Below are positions 7,891 to 15,247 of a stretch of DNA of 20,000 nucleotides, one piece after another. Each line of letters opens with the position of its first letter. The first letter of the stretch is position 1. The position numbers and the translations under genes were made by a program. Origin of the DNA: an uncultured virus (IMG/VR IMGVR_UViG_3300042308_001786) (taxonomy: Duplodnaviria; Heunggongvirae; Uroviricota; Caudoviricetes). The stretch lies in IMG/VR virus record IMGVR_UViG_3300042308_001786; one strand, given 5' to 3'. The notes beneath the pieces are model-generated. The model had not been told where the DNA came from. It was given only the letters and a program-made list of their open reading frames with translations, and searched no databases.

Positions 7891-8448
7891 ATGGACATTA
7901 TCGCAGAAGAATGGCGCCCAGTGCCAGGCGCTGAAGGTCGTTACGAAGTTAGCAATCTTGGGCGTGTCAAAAGCCTAAGACGAGTCGTCTCTTGTGGCAT
8001 CCGACAAGGGAAACGGGCCTATCGGACTGTGCCAGAGAAAATATTAAAACCTGGACTTGACAAAGACGGCTATGCGCAAGTCTTAATAGCACAAACTGAG
8101 GGTGATAAATTTAAAAACACTAGAATTCATCAACTAGTAGCATTGGTGTTTCTTGGGCCTAAGCCAAAGGACAAATGGGTTCTGCATGGTCCCAATGGAA
8201 AAGAAGACAATAGCGTTGGAAATTTATACTATGGAACTCCCGCTCAAAATATTAAAGACAAGTGGAGGGACGGCACTATCATTATTGGCGAAAAGCATCA
8301 CAAAGCCAAACTAAAAGAGGCTGATGTTATTGAAGTTCGCGAGCTGTACGAGCAAGGCTTAACGTGCAAAGAAATCGCGGCTCGCTATAGCGTAGGCGAT
8401 ACCGCGATTGCAAAAATCATCAACAGAGAAAACTGGAAATGGCTCTAG
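7891..8448 (+). CDS. NUMOD4-HNH homing endonuclease with C-terminal HTH (185 aa)
   Basis: Start moved to ATG 7891 by alignment with the paralogue (MDIIAEEWRPVPGAEGRYEVSNLGRVKS); HQLVALVF...VLHGPNGKEDNSVGNLYYGTPAQN; KEIAARYSVGDTAIAKII HTH. Confidence 0.9.
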   Translation: MDIIAEEWRPVPGAEGRYEVSNLGRVKSLRRVVSCGIRQGKRAYRTVPEKILKPGLDKDGYAQVLIAQTEGDKFKNTRIHQLVALVFLGPKPKDKWVLHGPNGKEDNSVGNLYYGTPAQNIKDKWRDGTIIIGEKHHKAKLKEADVIEVRELYEQGLTCKEIAARYSVGDTAIAKIINRENWKWL

Positions 8449-8452
8449 TCTT

Positions 8453-8596
8453 TCAGCCCTTCACACGGAAGACTGCCTTAAGGCCAGTCATGATCAATTG
8501 CAGGATGTTGTTTTCTTTATAAGGAGTGCGTTCGATAATTTGATCGGCAGCAGCAACAAGAATGCCACCAACCACAAACCATTCAATGCCGCCCAT
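8453..8596 (-). CDS. Putative holin-like small membrane protein (47 aa)
   Basis: Not in the ORF track. MGGIEWFVVGGILVAAADQIIERTPYKENNILQLIMTGLKAVFRVKG; GGAGG SD; hydrophobic N-terminus; same strand as the endolysin and upstream of it. Confidence 0.6.
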   Translation of the reverse strand: MGGIEWFVVGGILVAAADQIIERTPYKENNILQLIMTGLKAVFRVKG

Positions 8597-8625
8597 GATT
8601 TCCTCCCAGGAGGGTTTCTTAAAGC

Positions 8626-8835
8626 CTAGCGCTTAATTTCTAAACTACGCACTCTTGTTTCAATGTCACTCATCTTATCCGTTAAAGCACTAAGCTTTTC
8701 CGTAATGCTTTCAATTTGCACTGCCACTTTGGCTTGTTGATTGCCAACAGTGATAAGCATGGCCCCAGTGGAAAGAAGCATGCCAGCCGTGATAGTGGCC
8801 ACAAAATTGGCCATGCCTTCTTTAAAGGAGTCCAT
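8626..8835 (-). CDS. Single-TM plus coiled-coil protein (69 aa), possibly lysis-related
   Basis: MDSFKEGMANFVATITAGMLLSTGAMLITVG (TM) followed by a heptad region; ATG 8835 with AGGA upstream. Confidence 0.6.
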   Translation of the reverse strand: MDSFKEGMANFVATITAGMLLSTGAMLITVGNQQAKVAVQIESITEKLSALTDKMSDIETRVRSLEIKR

Positions 8836-8922
8836 GGAGATTTCCTGCAATTTTTATATTAGCGAACGCGCACTACTCTCTAAAGGCCCGTTAGATTATT
8901 TCCAGAAAAAGTAAATAGTGCC

Positions 8923-9405
8923 ATGCGAAGAGCGAATGGTCCCGATGAGCTGCTTTATTCTCTCATTGAACTTCGCCCTGGAGACGCAAGACGCAGATTT
9001 CGCAAGAGCATTTTTGAAGACTATCCGCTACGTGGTCCTCTTGGACAATGCGCCTGTGCATATTGCGGGCGATGGGATCAAAAGCTAACGATTGACCATA
9101 TTGTGCCTAAAAGCAAGGGTGGGCCTCATTTTGCAAAATATAATTTAGTGCCAAGTTGTCAAGCGTGTAATTTACTAAAAGGAGCTGAGCCTATTTTTGA
9201 ATGGTGGCGTCCACAGCGTTTCTGGACTGAGAAGCGAGAAGAGCTTCTTCTTGCATGGGTGCATCACAATAGCTTTGTTAGCGCCCACACTTCTTTGCAG
9301 GATATTGAAGCATTCGCAGAGGAGCGTGATTATTACATTCCACCGTCAAAAGAAGAAGCCCCCATTTCTGGGGGCTTTTGTTATACAGAATGGCAGGCAG
9401 CTTAG
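8923..9405 (+). CDS. Zn-finger HNH endonuclease (McrA/HNH_5-like)
   Basis: CAYCG...LTIDHIVPKSKGG...NLVPSCQACNLLKG. Confidence 0.88.
   Translation: MRRANGPDELLYSLIELRPGDARRRFRKSIFEDYPLRGPLGQCACAYCGRWDQKLTIDHIVPKSKGGPHFAKYNLVPSCQACNLLKGAEPIFEWWRPQRFWTEKREELLLAWVHHNSFVSAHTSLQDIEAFAEERDYYIPPSKEEAPISGGFCYTEWQAA
9346..9378 (-). terminator. Terminator for the - strand operon, embedded in the HNH 3' end (possibly bidirectional)
   Basis: Stem GAAGCCCCCA-tttc-TGGGGGCTTT at 9355-9378, with T-rich tails on both strands. Confidence 0.65.
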
Positions 9406-9776
9406 GCTTTATCTACGGGATCAAATAGCACTTGCTTACCAGGAAGATCGTAGCGAATGCCTGGCATTGGACAGAAGCCATCCTTACAGCCATTGTCCAC
9501 ATTATTTTCAATGGCAGCTAGAGCTTCACGCTCTTGATCAGTTTCAAGCGCAAAAATAAGCTGATTGAGATACCACTTGGCTTTCTCTAAATCTTCAAGA
9601 CCATTTTTACTTTCATAGCGCCAAACATACTTGAGTACGTTGCCTTTACAAAAGCCGCGATAGGCTTCAGTGCTCATGCTGGCTTCAATGCCTTCAATGG
9701 CTTCAATGCCACCAAATGCATAGTGCTTGGGGCGTTCCACTGGATGGAAAGCTTCAGGAGCTTGTTCAAAAGGCAT
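9402..9776 (-). CDS. DUF3310 family protein (T7 gp1.7-like nucleotide kinase / SaV-like)
   Basis: HPVERPKHY...IEAIE...GNVLKYVWRYESKNGLEDLEKAKWYL; start 9776 or 9782 overlaps the thyX stop. Confidence 0.8.
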   Translation of the reverse strand: MPFEQAPEAFHPVERPKHYAFGGIEAIEGIEASMSTEAYRGFCKGNVLKYVWRYESKNGLEDLEKAKWYLNQLIFALETDQEREALAAIENNVDNGCKDGFCPMPGIRYDLPGKQVLFDPVDKA

Positions 9777-10485
9777 TGCCATTTTCCTCGAATGCTTGAA
9801 AGGCTTCTTTAAAGAGAGGACGGGCCAGTGTGGCCAGTGCTTGAGCGTAGCATTGAATTTCGCCTTGTGCATCTGGCTTGTCGCGCAATGACAAGAAATG
9901 CAGAAGGGCTTGCAAGCTACAGGTCCAAGTGAATTGCGTATATGCGCTCATTGGCATGATTCCACGAGCCTGCTCTTTGCTCACGCCTAGCGTCAGAAGA
10001 GCCCTGTAAGCCTGCTTAGCTTGCTCTAGCGCCTTGGCATATTCGATCATCGCCATTTTGTTCATAGAGGGCTCTAAGGGGCCAGCAGAAGCTTGTTTGT
10101 TGCTGGCGCTTTGCTGCCTAAATTCACGAGGCATGTAGTACGTCTCGTCGTCGGCTTCGCAATAGCGGAAGCTTTTTTCATTCCAGCCAAGTTGGTCATT
10201 GGCATACGTGCCACCAATAACATGCTTCCACCATTGACGAGCAATAAACAGCGGAGCTTTCACTTGCCATTTTGTGACAACGCCCCTGAAGGGGCTAGTG
10301 TGCTGATGCTTCACCAAATAGTTAAGAAGTTTCTGATCTTTATCAGTCCATTCAAGAGAGGCTTGATCGAAACTTTGCCGCGCATCACAAACGATGTCAA
10401 GCGAAGTTCCCATCCAATCGATGAGCCTGACAAAGCTAATACCGTCACAGAGGGGATCAATAGCCTGGAGTGGAGAGCGGGTCAT
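9766..10485 (-). CDS. thyX: Flavin-dependent thymidylate synthase
   Basis: LLNYLVKHQHTSPF, APLFIARQWWKH, WNEKSFRY, KEQARGIMP, LHFLSLR..DAQGEIQ.YA. Confidence 0.88.
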   Translation of the reverse strand: MTRSPLQAIDPLCDGISFVRLIDWMGTSLDIVCDARQSFDQASLEWTDKDQKLLNYLVKHQHTSPFRGVVTKWQVKAPLFIARQWWKHVIGGTYANDQLGWNEKSFRYCEADDETYYMPREFRQQSASNKQASAGPLEPSMNKMAMIEYAKALEQAKQAYRALLTLGVSKEQARGIMPMSAYTQFTWTCSLQALLHFLSLRDKPDAQGEIQCYAQALATLARPLFKEAFQAFEENGNAF

Positions 10486-10700
10486 TTGTTGTTGTAATTA
10501 GTGGGCCAAATAAGCATGCGAATAGTGATGGCAATTAGCACCCACTGCCAAAAGCCAAGGATGAATCCTGGGAAAATCCAGCCCACGCAAATGCTTAATA
10601 GCCATGAACGCAGGCAAATCAAGCCAAAGGCAACAAGGATTTCAGCGATGACTTTGCTGACCACCTTGAGCGAGTCGTCTTGTGTTGGAGATAAAGTCAT
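10482..10700 (-). CDS. Small membrane protein (72 aa)
   Basis: Two hydrophobic segments; ATGA overlap with thyX. Confidence 0.65.
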   Translation of the reverse strand: MTLSPTQDDSLKVVSKVIAEILVAFGLICLRSWLLSICVGWIFPGFILGFWQWVLIAITIRMLIWPTNYNNK

Positions 10701-11001
10701 GAATCAAGAGGAAGGGACGAAGCCTCTGGAAGCCAATAATAGGCGCCAGCTTCGTTTCAGCGTGCCAAACGATGCGGGCTTTGCTTTGTCTTCCGTCTTT
10801 CACGATGGCAGCAATGGTGCCCAAGAGGCTCGTGGGCATCCATCCCGCAGCAGTGGGCTGCACATACACGACGGTTTGCCCAACTTCCCAAGTGTGGGAC
10901 GCTGGCGTTTTCGGGAGGGCTCTGAAGGAAGCCGTACCAAGCTTTTCGGCTTTCCTTCCATCGTCCACTGCGTAAACAAACTGCCTGCCATTTCTCTGCA
11001 T
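10642..11001 (-). CDS. Hypothetical protein (119 aa)
   Basis: ORF in operon orientation; SH3/KOW-like WEVGQTVVYV segment. Confidence 0.55.
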   Translation of the reverse strand: MQRNGRQFVYAVDDGRKAEKLGTASFRALPKTPASHTWEVGQTVVYVQPTAAGWMPTSLLGTIAAIVKDGRQSKARIVWHAETKLAPIIGFQRLRPFLLIHDFISNTRRLAQGGQQSHR

Positions 11002-11031
11002 CGCTAGGCTAAAGCAAACGACGGGAGCCCT

Positions 11032-11409
11032 ATGTCAAGAATGTTTTCCATTCCAGTAGCATTAAGCTACAACGGACGCGACTACATTGCTGAAATGGGG
11101 CCTTTTGAACGGAGCATGGAAAGGGACTTTGCCCTTGTCGCCAATAAGAAAGCATTGGACGAATGTAACGACATTGATAAGCTCAAGGAGGTGGCATGGA
11201 ATATGATGCAGGGCTGGAGCAACATGCAAGATGCCACTGCTTCGCTTGTCAAGGAAAACCTTGAACTGCGTCAAGCCATGCAGATTCAGCAAATGGACTT
11301 AGAAGCAGCAGATGCTTTGCTTGGCGAAGCTGGAGAAGCCATCAAGACATTCGCAGAACAGCAGCAATCTTCTCAAGCCAAGCGATTTCTTTGGCCGTTT
11401 GGGAAGTAA
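11032..11409 (+). CDS. Helical protein with possible NblA-like (phycobilisome degradation adaptor) core
   Basis: SMERDFALVANKKALDECNDIDKLKEVAWNMMQGWSNMQDATASLVKE resembles the two-helix NblA pattern; GGGAG SD and TAGGCT -10-like box upstream. Confidence 0.45.
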   Translation: MSRMFSIPVALSYNGRDYIAEMGPFERSMERDFALVANKKALDECNDIDKLKEVAWNMMQGWSNMQDATASLVKENLELRQAMQIQQMDLEAADALLGEAGEAIKTFAEQQQSSQAKRFLWPFGK

Positions 11410-11704
11410 GCAAAAATACTTTCCAGCCACAAAGCATGGCTAAGTTAAACTTTCTGGCGTCTCGTTCGTAGCCAGAGCCAGTAACATGACGACCACGATT
11501 AAAAGTGCCGCCTTGTATTTCAATGAGAGAGCGAGAAGGAAGATGTGCAAAATCTGCCCTGTAACGTTTTGAACGCTTGCTTTTTGCATAGCGCTCTTGA
11601 AAATCAGCTTCCCAGGCTTCTACATCGCTGAATTCCCTGATCAATGGGAGATCGGGATAGTGAGCTTGCCAAAGCCCGAGAAACTGATCTTCTAATGCGC
11701 TCAC
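11342..11704 (-). CDS. PD-(D/E)XK, Vsr/DUF559-like endonuclease
   Basis: YRADFAH...LIEIQGG...GRH...GYERDARKFNLAMLCGWKVF. Confidence 0.75.
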   Translation of the reverse strand: MSALEDQFLGLWQAHYPDLPLIREFSDVEAWEADFQERYAKSKRSKRYRADFAHLPSRSLIEIQGGTFNRGRHVTGSGYERDARKFNLAMLCGWKVFLLTSQTAKEIAWLEKIAAVLRMS

Positions 11705-11707
11705 GAG

Positions 11708-12295
11708 CTATACAGCAGCAAAAGCTACTTTAGCTCCTTGATTTTGATATTTACCATCGCCATAGGCGCTGGCGACATCGTTTTCTAGCTTCATAAACAT
11801 CACTTGAACGATGCCTTCATTAGCGTAGACCCTTGCTGGAAAAGCCAAGGGATTGACAATACAAATAGTGAGATAGCCAGACCAGCCAGGCTCAATTGGC
11901 GTAACGTTAATGATTGTGCCTTGACGTGCATACGTTGACTTCCCGTCAGTGATGCCCATCACATTGTTAGGCATCGAGATGCGTTCAAGGCTAACGCCAA
12001 GAGCGTAGGAAAAAGGCGGAAGCACGAAGAACGTACTGCCATTTTCTTGTCGAGGCGTCTGCTCTTCCATCAGCTCCGTGTCGAAGCTTTTCACATCCAG
12101 AGGGAAGTCCTTACTTACGCTGTTATCAATGACCATAAAGCCTTCAGGAGAAAGACGCAGGTCATAACCAGCGTGAGACAAGCCGTAAGACAAAGCTTTC
12201 GTGCCATTGTCCAGCTCGCGACGCTTCTCTCCCGTGAAAGGAAAGATGATATCGTTTTCAGCGAGAATGCTAATTTGCTTGTCGTTGAGAAGCAT
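11708..12295 (-). CDS. dcd: dCTP deaminase
   Basis: MLLNDKQI, SYGLSHAGYDLRL, GKSTYARQG, NVTPIEPGWSGYLT, YANEGIVQ, KYQNQ. Confidence 0.93.
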   Translation of the reverse strand: MLLNDKQISILAENDIIFPFTGEKRRELDNGTKALSYGLSHAGYDLRLSPEGFMVIDNSVSKDFPLDVKSFDTELMEEQTPRQENGSTFFVLPPFSYALGVSLERISMPNNVMGITDGKSTYARQGTIINVTPIEPGWSGYLTICIVNPLAFPARVYANEGIVQVMFMKLENDVASAYGDGKYQNQGAKVAFAAV

Positions 12296-12322
12296 GAAAG
12301 AAAAGGGGCGTTGCCGCCCCTA
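12296..12322 (-). terminator. Intrinsic terminator
   Basis: Minus strand: AGGGGCG-GCAA-CGCCCCT followed by TTTCTTTC. Confidence 0.75.
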
Positions 12323-12344
12323 AGAAACAACGATGGAAAGAGCG

Positions 12345-12758
12345 CTATTTGACGCGCCCTGATTCGGAAATAGGCAGGGGGACAAGACCATCAGTGGGAA
12401 TGTACACGACAGTCTTTTCACCTTGCTTGCCCTCCTGATCTTGAAGCCCTGTGATATACAGATACTTCAAATACTCAGGATTACCTTTAAGGCTATCGCC
12501 AATGATTTTATTGGCTTTAGCCACGCCTTCGGCGCGTGCCACTTCAGCATCAGCCTCTAAAACTGCTGCTTCTTTTTTAGCTTTAGCCTCATACACCCTC
12601 ACTTGGCGAGTGGATTCAGCTCCCTGCAGCATTGCTTTGCCATTTTGCGTTTTGCTATAGATGTTGTATTGAGGCCCAATCCAGAAAAGACTAGCAAGGC
12701 CAAACAATGCGACAACTAAGACAAGAACAACTTCGGCTGAACCGTTGTCTTTCCGCAT
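12345..12758 (-). CDS. Membrane-anchored protein with SPFH/HflC-like coiled-coil C-terminus
   Basis: N-terminal TM; EAEVARAEGVAKANKIIGDSL.GNPEYLKYLYI...VVYIPT. Confidence 0.7.
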   Translation of the reverse strand: MRKDNGSAEVVLVLVVALFGLASLFWIGPQYNIYSKTQNGKAMLQGAESTRQVRVYEAKAKKEAAVLEADAEVARAEGVAKANKIIGDSLKGNPEYLKYLYITGLQDQEGKQGEKTVVYIPTDGLVPLPISESGRVK

Positions 12759-12767
12759 TGCTCAGGC

Positions 12768-13052
12768 TCAGAACAGATCGTCGTTAGACGAAGACGATGC
12801 GAAGCTGCTGCCTGCACTTTCGCCGTTCTGCCAGAAAGAAGAATAAGCCTTAGGGCTATTTTCCATCTTGTTGACAGTCACTTGCCCCTTGAAATGAGGA
12901 GCAGTGTCCTTATCACGCTTATCGTTGTTCCACAGTGCCACGCGGAAGCTGTAGTTTCCTTGTGCATTGGGACCAGCCTTTTTGGCTGCATTCAGAATGT
13001 CGGGGGTGAGATCGACAGTACCGCTGAAAACGGGGAGATTGCCAGAGGGCAT
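12768..13052 (-). CDS. Putative single-stranded DNA-binding protein (94 aa)
   Basis: Beta-rich with aromatics (ALWNN..DTAPHFKG); flexible tail ending in acidic-aromatic NDDLF; downstream of the exonuclease and Sak3 genes. Confidence 0.5.
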   Translation of the reverse strand: MPSGNLPVFSGTVDLTPDILNAAKKAGPNAQGNYSFRVALWNNDKRDKDTAPHFKGQVTVNKMENSPKAYSSFWQNGESAGSSFASSSSNDDLF

Positions 13053-13123
13053 GTAGTGTTCCTCAGAAGGAGAGTGGTCGGCCCTGGAGGGGCTCTAGAA
13101 GCATAGCTGGTGCAGACGAGGAG

Positions 13124-14155
13124 TCAAGCTCCGCGGTCCATAGAAATGGTTAAGGCATGGGAATAATATGATTACTCTTGCCAGCGTTGCACTCACGGCA
13201 TAGCACTTGCAGGTTTGCCGCATCGTTTGTGCCGCCTTTGGACACGGGGTGAATATGGTCAATCTCAAGGACTGCCCCATTCGACCTAGATGCGCCACAC
13301 ATTTGGCAAGTGTATTTGTCTCGGACCAGTATTGCCACGCGATCTTTGGGTTTAATCGCAGACCTTTTGATTGGATTATTTAAACGACGGGCATTTTTGT
13401 TGTATGCGATATGACTCAATAGTGCCCATGGTGGTCCCCACTCGCATTGTGTTGCCATTTGGGCTGCAAACCAAAAATCATTGCGTTTTGTCTGCTCCAT
13501 CCAAGCAAAGTCGTGCCCACTTTCTTTATGCTCTTCGTATTCATCCCTTGCGTCCTTCAAGCGATCATCAAAGACTATATAAATTGGGACGCCAAGTGCG
13601 TATGCATAGCCGATTTCAGCCAACGTTCCATAGCAATCTGGTGAATCTATAAATGCATACAATGCGTCACATGTACGAATTTGGTACATGCAACGCTCTA
13701 ACACCTGTGACCTTGAAAGTCCATTCTCGCCGTCAGGACAACTTGTCTCTTGCTGAATTGCGTATAAATATTCGCGGCCATGGACCGGCACATCGTGAAG
13801 CCTTTCCCTTGAAGAGCCAAATAATGTTTGATCTTGCGCAAAAGGATTGTTAATGCCATGATTGCTTTTATGCCAGCATCCATGGTCGCACGACAATGCG
13901 CTCGGTCCTCCATAGCGCACTGTTCCCAAATCATATAGATCTAGCGGATTATCGTAGACAGAATGCTCTGATCCTATCGCCCTAGACATAATGCGATCAT
14001 CCTGGAACAGACTTCTCCTGTAATCACTGCTTCCTTTGCGAACCTTTCCAGCAAAATAAACCAAGAGTGGCTCAAGCAAATTCCGCTGATTTGCGGAGTT
14101 AAAGGTGTGTTCAATGGCCACAATCAAGCTCCACGGTCCATGGAAATGGTTAAGG
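13124..14155. mobile_element. 1000-bp inserted cassette bounded by 32-bp direct repeats (13124-13155, 14124-14155)
   Basis: TCAAGCTCCrCGGTCCATrGAAATGGTTAAGG, 30/32 identical; the repeat is the 3' end of the exonuclease gene. Confidence 0.8.
13150..14127 (-). CDS. Nucleoside 2-deoxyribosyltransferase-like (NDT/RCL fold) domain fused to C-terminal Zn-HNH endonuclease
   Basis: VYFAGK; IRTCDALYAFIDSPDCYGTLAEIGYAYALGVPIYIV (NDT GTxxE motif); RDKYTCQMCG...LEIDHIHPVSKGGTNDAANLQVLCRECNAGKS. Start is TTG 14127 or GTG 14121. Confidence 0.8.
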   Translation of the reverse strand: MIVAIEHTFNSANQRNLLEPLLVYFAGKVRKGSSDYRRSLFQDDRIMSRAIGSEHSVYDNPLDLYDLGTVRYGGPSALSCDHGCWHKSNHGINNPFAQDQTLFGSSRERLHDVPVHGREYLYAIQQETSCPDGENGLSRSQVLERCMYQIRTCDALYAFIDSPDCYGTLAEIGYAYALGVPIYIVFDDRLKDARDEYEEHKESGHDFAWMEQTKRNDFWFAAQMATQCEWGPPWALLSHIAYNKNARRLNNPIKRSAIKPKDRVAILVRDKYTCQMCGASRSNGAVLEIDHIHPVSKGGTNDAANLQVLCRECNAGKSNHIIPMP

Positions 14156-14924
14156 GGCGTCCGCCTGGGTAGTACTCGAAAAAGTACTGTTGCGTCTTCT
14201 GAGCCATGATCCCTGCCTGCATGGCAAGATCGGTGCCGTCAAGGCTCACGATTTGAGCCTCCTGTCCTTTGCCCGTATCGGGATCGTAAATGGCGATAGC
14301 GCAATGCGCCTCGTTGATTTCGATGCCATACATCTGCTCAATGGCTTGGGAATAAGCTCCGAGCTGCATGCGATAGTCGCCTAACTGCGTATCAGGCTTT
14401 TGTTTGTAGCTTGTCTTCCAATCAAGCAGGGCGATATTGCCGTTGCCCATGGTCGCAAGCATGTCAAATGTGCCTGAGTAGCCAGTTTCAGTGGAGGGGC
14501 AATACCAAGCGATGGCACTTTCCACTAAGAGGGGGCTAGCCACGCCAGTGAGGAAGTTGGCAATGCTGTCGAAATAAGGAACGAACAATGGATGGGAATC
14601 AAGGTGACAGTTGATGTCCTCGCCGTTCCAGAAATCCTCTAGCACGCCATGAAGCCAATTACCACGTTCTACAGCAGAGCGTGTGCGACGATTAGCTTCC
14701 TCATCGCCTACTTTCTTGCGCCAGTTCATGAGCGCTGCAATCTTGCCAGGCGGCGAACACGCGCTCGCAATAGTCGTCACAGAGGGCAAAACAATGCCTT
14801 CTGGGGCATTTGGAAAACCGTTCAAAACGTAATTCCGCTTGCCGTTCAAGGAGATTCGGTTGGGTTCGTAGCGGGCGAGAGAAGGCATCGAAAGAGCGTC
14901 GAGACATAGATCGTAACAGGGCAC
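14124..14924 (-). CDS. PD-(D/E)XK exonuclease (lambda-exo/RecB/Cas4-like phage family)
   Basis: LPSVTTI, LMNWRKKVG, RGNWLH, VES, YSGTFDML, LLDWKTS, QLGAY; alternative start ATG 14888. Confidence 0.85.
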   Translation of the reverse strand: MPCYDLCLDALSMPSLARYEPNRISLNGKRNYVLNGFPNAPEGIVLPSVTTIASACSPPGKIAALMNWRKKVGDEEANRRTRSAVERGNWLHGVLEDFWNGEDINCHLDSHPLFVPYFDSIANFLTGVASPLLVESAIAWYCPSTETGYSGTFDMLATMGNGNIALLDWKTSYKQKPDTQLGDYRMQLGAYSQAIEQMYGIEINEAHCAIAIYDPDTGKGQEAQIVSLDGTDLAMQAGIMAQKTQQYFFEYYPGGRPLTISMDRGA

Positions 14925-15247
14925 TATTTCTCATTCATGTCCCAGAAATACTCGCAGCCTTCTTCCGTATAAGGCGGCGTTGCAAAATAACTTTGGAAGC
15001 GATCAGAGGGCGCCATGTAACGCCAGCAATCTTCCTTGACAGGGCATTTGTCGCCCGTACACATTGCAATATCAGGCATGAGAATAGTTCGTGCAGTTTG
15101 ATAAAGGAAAGTGCGATCAGCCAGAGGATGTTCAGCAATAGCGTGGAGAACAGCAGCAATACGACGGTCGCTGCTAAGCGTATCGTCAGGAAAGCTCCAG
15201 AATGCTTCATGGCAAGCATCAATCAGCGTCCGTCTGTTTGTCAACAT
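14924..15247 (-). CDS. Hypothetical protein with C-terminal 4-Cys module
   Basis: MPDIAMCTGDKCPVKEDCWRY...QSYF...CEYFW. Confidence 0.65.
   Translation of the reverse strand: MLTNRRTLIDACHEAFWSFPDDTLSSDRRIAAVLHAIAEHPLADRTFLYQTARTILMPDIAMCTGDKCPVKEDCWRYMAPSDRFQSYFATPPYTEEGCEYFWDMNEK

Noticed and set aside
6200..8452. Target-site duplications around the NUMOD4-HNH genes
   Set aside because: Only chance-level matches of a few bases (e.g. AGTCT) were found.
9783..9872. Longer start for the DUF3310 ORF
   Set aside because: It lies deep within thyX in another frame; the domain begins after MPFEQ.
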